Assembly (NCBI GenBank): GCA_027491735.1
Contig: JAOZGP010000015.1
Coordinates: 1-41,657 of the forward strand
Direction of reading: 5' to 3'
DNA length: 41,657 bases
Origin: Thermoproteota archaeon
GTDB lineage: Archaea > Korarchaeota > Korarchaeia > Korarchaeales > Korarchaeaceae
Below the pieces are notes generated by a model, which saw only the letters and a list, made by a program, of their open reading frames with translations, did no database searches and was not told the origin of the DNA. How positions within the stretch are numbered: the stretch's first letter is position 1; every line of letters starts with the position of its first letter. The position numbers and the translations under genes are program-made. Below, in pieces: positions 37,797 through 41,657 of this stretch.

Positions 37797-38372
37797 GTGG
37801 GTATGCTCAGGTACAAGTACGTGGGGCTTGTTGGTCTGCCGGGATCTGGTAAAGATCTCGCCGCTGAGATATTACGTGAGGAGCTGGGATTTGTCCCCAT
37901 CAGGATGAGTGAGGAACTTTCAAAGAGGATCAGGGAGATGGGCGTGAATCCGACAAGAGATAAGCTTAGAGAATTTGGAATGAAGCTTAGAAGGGAAAGA
38001 GGTGCGTATGCCATTGCTGAAATGGTATTGGAGCGTATAAAGGAGATGGAAAGGGAGATCAACCCTCCTGGTTTCGTGATAAATGGCATAAGAAATGTGG
38101 AGGAGATCGACTTCTTCAGGAAGAAGCTAGGGTCTTCTTTCCTATCTCTGACGATTTACGCCCCCAGAGATCTGAGATATGTTAGATTACTCAGGAGAGG
38201 AAGAAGGGGATTCGATAAAGAGACTTATGAGGAGTTCCTCCTTGAGGACAGGAGGGAGGTCGAGACCTTCAATCTGGGAAATGCCATGATTCTTGCGGAC
38301 AAGCTCGTAATCAACGATAAAGATAGTGAGAGCCTTAAGTACGCGCTTCTGAGAGCTATTCTGGATATATAA
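37797..38372 (+). CDS. CoaE-like nucleoside/nucleotide kinase (UPF0200-like)
   Basis: GLVGLPGSGK, LRRERG, INGIRNVEE, R..R...RGR and AD..IND. Confidence 0.85.
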   Translation: MGMLRYKYVGLVGLPGSGKDLAAEILREELGFVPIRMSEELSKRIREMGVNPTRDKLREFGMKLRRERGAYAIAEMVLERIKEMEREINPPGFVINGIRNVEEIDFFRKKLGSSFLSLTIYAPRDLRYVRLLRRGRRGFDKETYEEFLLEDRREVETFNLGNAMILADKLVINDKDSESLKYALLRAILDI

Positions 38373-38549
38373 TGTTTTCTACTCCCTCAACTTACCTGAA
38401 AGTCGCTAAGAAAGCCCTCATTTTAACGAGGGGATGGGGTTGGGTGTTGGTAGTTTTATACCGCAGAGGAAGCAGCTTTGCCGCATACTCCTTGACCTCC
38501 ATGAGACTTTCATCGTAAAGCTCTGGTCTTTAGACGGAAGAGGTCGCTG

Positions 38550-39578
38550 TCAGGATACTGACCTCCAGTTCAATCTCAGCTCATCGGCATAACCTCTGGC
38601 GACGAGAACTTCCTGGAGTGAGATCCTCCTCCCGAGTATGGGGTGCTTGTGGGCCTTGTACTCCGGTCTGTACTGTCCCATGACGTTGACCAACGTGTTC
38701 GGGATGTTCTCCCTGATCCATCTGAGAATAGGCATTGTACAGCACTCGAGATGACCCGGAAGAACCAGGTGCCTGATGATAATCTCACCTCCGAGCTCGT
38801 ATATTTTCCTCAAGTTTCTTGTGAGGATCTCCCTGTAATTTCTCGCCCTGCTGAGCTCCATGGCATGAGCATCATCCCAGTATTTAAAATCGGGCAACCA
38901 GAGGTCCACGACCCCCACGAGGAGCTCAAGGGTCTCTGGCGTCAGGTACAGATTTGAGTTCCATATGATGGGAAGATTTCCTGTATACACCCTGAGTGCC
39001 CCAAGTATCGTGTGGATGTTCGGCGTGGGATCCCCTCCCACCAGGTTTATGTTTATTGCTCCCCTTCTCTCCAGCTCGAGCATTATGGATGCCAGCTCGC
39101 GAGGCCCAACGCTGGCCCCTGATCCAGGGTTTCTGGAGATATCCCAGTTTTGACAATATATGCAGTGGAAATTGCACCCTGAGAAGAAGATAGTCCCCGA
39201 CGGAACAAGGGGCGGTTCCTCGCCGAGATGGAGAAAGGCGCTCGCTACTCTCGATGTATAACCCACTCCACAGACCCCTGTAGATGTTCTTCTATTAACT
39301 GCGCAGTTCATCTCACAGAACTTACAGCTCTCAACGAGCTTCTCAGCTATTTTATGCTTTAAGTCAAGAAGAGAGAATTTAGGGGTCTCCTTGAGGATTC
39401 TTCGGTGCTCGCCCTTTCTTACAAGCTCAAGAAGCTCAATTGTCCTCTCCAAATTTTCCTCTCGAGGATCGCTCTCCTCAGATGAGGGCATATGCTTTGC
39501 GACGACAAATAAGGGGATTTCCTCGCCACGTGCTACTTTGAGATACCTCCTTATAAGATCTAGTTCCTCGGAGCTCAT
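38550..39578 (-). CDS. Radical SAM protein, PflX-like
   Basis: C.FCEMNC.VNR, HLGEEPPLVPSGTIFFSGCNFHCIYCQN, DFKY, RHLVLPGH and MGQYRP. Start placed at MSSEELD (39578). Confidence 0.9.
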   Translation of the reverse strand: MSSEELDLIRRYLKVARGEEIPLFVVAKHMPSSEESDPREENLERTIELLELVRKGEHRRILKETPKFSLLDLKHKIAEKLVESCKFCEMNCAVNRRTSTGVCGVGYTSRVASAFLHLGEEPPLVPSGTIFFSGCNFHCIYCQNWDISRNPGSGASVGPRELASIMLELERRGAININLVGGDPTPNIHTILGALRVYTGNLPIIWNSNLYLTPETLELLVGVVDLWLPDFKYWDDAHAMELSRARNYREILTRNLRKIYELGGEIIIRHLVLPGHLECCTMPILRWIRENIPNTLVNVMGQYRPEYKAHKHPILGRRISLQEVLVARGYADELRLNWRSVS

Positions 39579-39590
39579 GTTGGAGACCCT

Positions 39591-39733
39591 TGGGGGCCGC
39601 TGCAACCACCGCGCTCGAAGGAGGCATGACAGCCGAGGCGGGGTCCAATACTTGACCCCTCTCCTTCCCCCTCGAGGGGCACTAGCCTCCCCTGACCTTT
39701 GCGGGGAGGATGTCCCCTGGGCAGCGGCCCCCA
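39591..39733 (-). ncRNA. Unidentified GC-rich multi-branched structured RNA candidate
   Basis: 13-bp perfect terminal stem TGGGGGCCGCTGC/GCAGCGGCCCCCA enclosing further helices GAAGGAG/CTCCTTC, GGGGTC/GACCCC, CCTCCCC/GGGGAGG and AGGGG/CCCCT. AT-rich TATA-like tract at 39752-39766. Strand tentative. Confidence 0.65.
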
Positions 39734-39832
39734 TAGATAAGGGAGGATGAGAAATTAAAGTTTTATCGATGATGGCTGACCAGGTTAAGGTTAATTCGAT
39801 CCAACACACAACTGTTGTTCAGGAGGTAAGCC

Positions 39833-40684
39833 TTGATGAGGCTTGATAGAACTCGCTTCGGACCGGCTGGTTTTCCCATAGATGCAGGCCGTGATGAGGC
39901 CTTCAGATATCTGAACAGCATAGGTCTAGATGGAATGGAATATCAGGCCGTCAGAAGAGTTCCCACCAACGAGAAGGTCCTCAGATCCATCAAAGAAGAG
40001 GCAGAGAGGTACGACGTGCTTCTCACCGTACACGCTCCCTACGCGATAAACTTGGCTGCAGAAACGGAAGAGAAGAGGAAAGCCAGCATCATGAGGATAG
40101 TTGCAGCTGCAGAAGCAGCTCACAAGATGGGGGCCCTTCACGTCACGTTTCATCCCGGATATTACCTGAAAAGAAGTCCTGAAGGGGCTCTAAGAATCGC
40201 AATAGACTCATTGAGAGAGGTCATCAGAGAGATGAAATCTAGAGGGCTCAATCATATAGAGCTGGGTCCCGAAACTACGGGAAAGCCTAATCAGCTTGGA
40301 TCTCTCGAGGAGGTCATAACGATGGCGGAGGAGCTGGACAACGTTCTACCCACAGTAGATTTCGCGCACATCCACGTGAGGGAAAAGGAAGGACGGATAA
40401 GATGTAAGGAGGATTATCGTAGAATAGTCGAGATCATTGAGAGAAGACTCGGAAGCGCTGATGGTCTCGTTATACACTTCACCGAGGTTGAGGCTACCTC
40501 AAAAGGATACGGTGAGAGAAGGCACCATGAGCTCGGATCGGGATATGGACCGAATTTCGAGCCGCTGGCTGAAGTGATGGTTGAGCTGGGAGTCAAGTGG
40601 TTTGTGGTCTCAGAAAGCCCTATCTTGGAGAGGGACTCCATCAAGATGAGGGATATGTACAGGAGAAAGCTCTCAAAGATGTGA
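39833..40684 (+). CDS. nfo: Endonuclease IV (AP endonuclease family 2)
   Basis: FGPAG, HAPYAINL, FHPGYY, ETTGK..QLGS, DFAH, HFT, HH and ESP. Confidence 0.92.
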   Translation: MMRLDRTRFGPAGFPIDAGRDEAFRYLNSIGLDGMEYQAVRRVPTNEKVLRSIKEEAERYDVLLTVHAPYAINLAAETEEKRKASIMRIVAAAEAAHKMGALHVTFHPGYYLKRSPEGALRIAIDSLREVIREMKSRGLNHIELGPETTGKPNQLGSLEEVITMAEELDNVLPTVDFAHIHVREKEGRIRCKEDYRRIVEIIERRLGSADGLVIHFTEVEATSKGYGERRHHELGSGYGPNFEPLAEVMVELGVKWFVVSESPILERDSIKMRDMYRRKLSKM

Positions 40685-40723
40685 AGAAAGTTTTATATCT
40701 TCCTGAATCTAGGAAAGCGGGAA

Positions 40724-40797
40724 GCCCGGGTGGTGTAGCCCGGCTAGCATAGAGGCCTGTCGAGCCTCAGACCCGGGTTCAAATCCCGGCCCGGGCG
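40724..40797 (+). tRNA. tRNA-Asp(GTC)
   Basis: GCCCGGG/CCCGGGC acceptor plus G73, GAGGC CT GTC GA GCCTC anticodon arm, CCGGG TTCAAAT CCCGG. BRE/TATA AAGAAAG TTTTATAT at 40684-40698. Confidence 0.98.
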
Positions 40798-40812
40798 CTT
40801 TTATTTCTATTC

Positions 40813-40896
40813 TAATCCATCATGGCTTTCAGAGTGGCGTATACACCTATAAGCTTTTCTCCAATTGATTCATGTTGGGTCTGATTGGGAAGGTTG
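40813..40896 (+). repeat. Dispersed repeat, copy 2 (homologous to 9941-10030)
   Basis: See copy 1. Begins about 15 nt after the 3' end of tRNA-Asp. Confidence 0.9.
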
Positions 40897-41038
40897 CTGT
40901 AAAGGAAATCAGGCAGATGGAGAGACTTCAGGAATGGCTTGACAGCCTTCCTGAAATTGCAAGGGAAAAAGAATCAGCGAATGTCCTGGCTTTCGTCTTT
41001 TTTGTTGAGTTGCTCTGGATGGAATCACAGATTCAATA

Positions 41039-41260
41039 TTGATGGTTTTGCCAGTTTTATATAGAATTTTTGAAATGAAATCTGCTTACATAAGATGTGT
41101 GGTTTTCTTTTCTGTAATGTTTATAGCCAGTTATTTGATTGGATGCCATCTACAAATATACAAATTCAAGCCAGAAGATTTAATTTATTGGTATGTCATG
41201 GCTGTGATTGTAGGGAGTATGATATATCATCTTGAAAGGAAAGAGAGGAGAAAATTTTAA
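41039..41260 (+). CDS. Small AT-rich membrane protein
   Basis: Two hydrophobic helices and a basic tail. Start may be the ATG near 41075. Confidence 0.5.
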   Translation: MMVLPVLYRIFEMKSAYIRCVVFFSVMFIASYLIGCHLQIYKFKPEDLIYWYVMAVIVGSMIYHLERKERRKF

Positions 41261-41271
41261 CCGATGAGAAA

Positions 41272-41450
41272 ATGAACAAAACATTTAATTGTAAAAACAT
41301 TCTTGCTCTTGGTATATTAAGCACATTTCTTGGTGCTTTCCTTACTTTTACTATCACAGACAGCATACTAATGGTTCTTGGAGTTTTGGCTGGTAAAATT
41401 TTAAGCAGAAGGGTAATGAAAATGACATCGCACCGCCCGATTACGCCTAA
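41272..41450 (+). pseudogene. Small membrane protein ORF or remnant running into the attC-like site
   Basis: Hydrophobic first ~50 codons. The open frame continues through the attC hairpin to 41574 with non-protein-like sequence. Confidence 0.35.
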
Positions 41451-41532
41451 CAGGTGCATATCCGACTTCGCTAACGCTTCGTCCAAATTCCTCGCTACAC
41501 TCGGAACTTCGGATATGCCCAAAACGTTATCG
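41445..41532 (+). mobile_element. Integron attC-like recombination site
   Basis: R'' GCCTAAC (41445-51, fits RYYYAAC), inner inverted repeat GCATATCCGA (41456-65)/TCGGATATGC (41509-18), CTTCG-rich central region, R' GTTATCG (41526-32, GTT core). Confidence 0.72.
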
Positions 41533-41561
41533 GAAATCGCCCGGAATAGGAGGGAAGAAAC

Positions 41562-41657
41562 ATGTTTAAGCTGAGATTTTATCGTGGCAATACGGAATAT
41601 CAAAAAGAGAAAAATGAGAGAGTTTTGGAATTGCTTGAAGAAATCAAGAGAAAACAT
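41562..41657 (+). CDS. 5' end of a putative next-cassette ORF (MFKLRFYRGNTEYQKEK..., runs off the window)
   Basis: SD AGGAGG at 41548-53 and ATG 36 nt after the G of the attC GTT. Confidence 0.55.
   Translation, partial: MFKLRFYRGNTEYQKEKNERVLELLEEIKRKH

Noticed and set aside
38390-38530. Protein-like minus-strand fragment (PELYDESLMEVKEYAAKLLPLRY)
   Set aside because: No clear start or family. Too short to support a call.
39579-39809. N-terminal 77-aa extension of the radical SAM ORF
   Set aside because: Low-complexity translation of the GC-rich structured element. Family-like sequence starts at MSSEELD.
40875-40896. Shared repeat as an attI site ending at GTT
   Set aside because: Patchy similarity between the two copies continues past the GTT and no intI is adjacent, so it cannot be supported.
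575-41657. Numerous antisense and alternate-frame ORFs in the track (e.g. 575-1126, 12355-12957, 41196-41657)
   Set aside because: They overlap better-supported genes and are typically Ser/Leu-rich antisense shadows with no motifs.

Overview
Gene-dense chromosomal window from an archaeon, probably thermophilic. A Korarchaeota-like TACK lineage is inferred from gene content and is not proven. It is mostly housekeeping: metG, thrS, egsA, mvk, ribL, NAPRTase, cdc48, aglB, the trmJ-rpl10e-METTL5-csl4-DUF2067-rpoL run, EF-2, TFS, an m5C methyltransferase, endonuclease IV, an orphan cas6 and three tRNAs (intron-containing Tyr, Asn, Asp). Two AT-rich accessory islands lie next to tRNA-Asn and tRNA-Asp and share a diverged ~80-bp repeat. 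The first island holds decayed toxin-antitoxin genes. The second carries small ORFs and an integron attC-like site followed by the start of a new cassette-like ORF. Other notable signals: a box C/D sRNA whose guide is complementary to the 16S anti-Shine-Dalgarno tail, an unidentified 143-nt highly structured GC-rich RNA-like element, a 107-bp perfect repeat between the two ATPase domains of cdc48, an HSR1-like palindrome over the cdc48 promoter, and several enzymes with substituted catalytic residues. No CRISPR array was seen.
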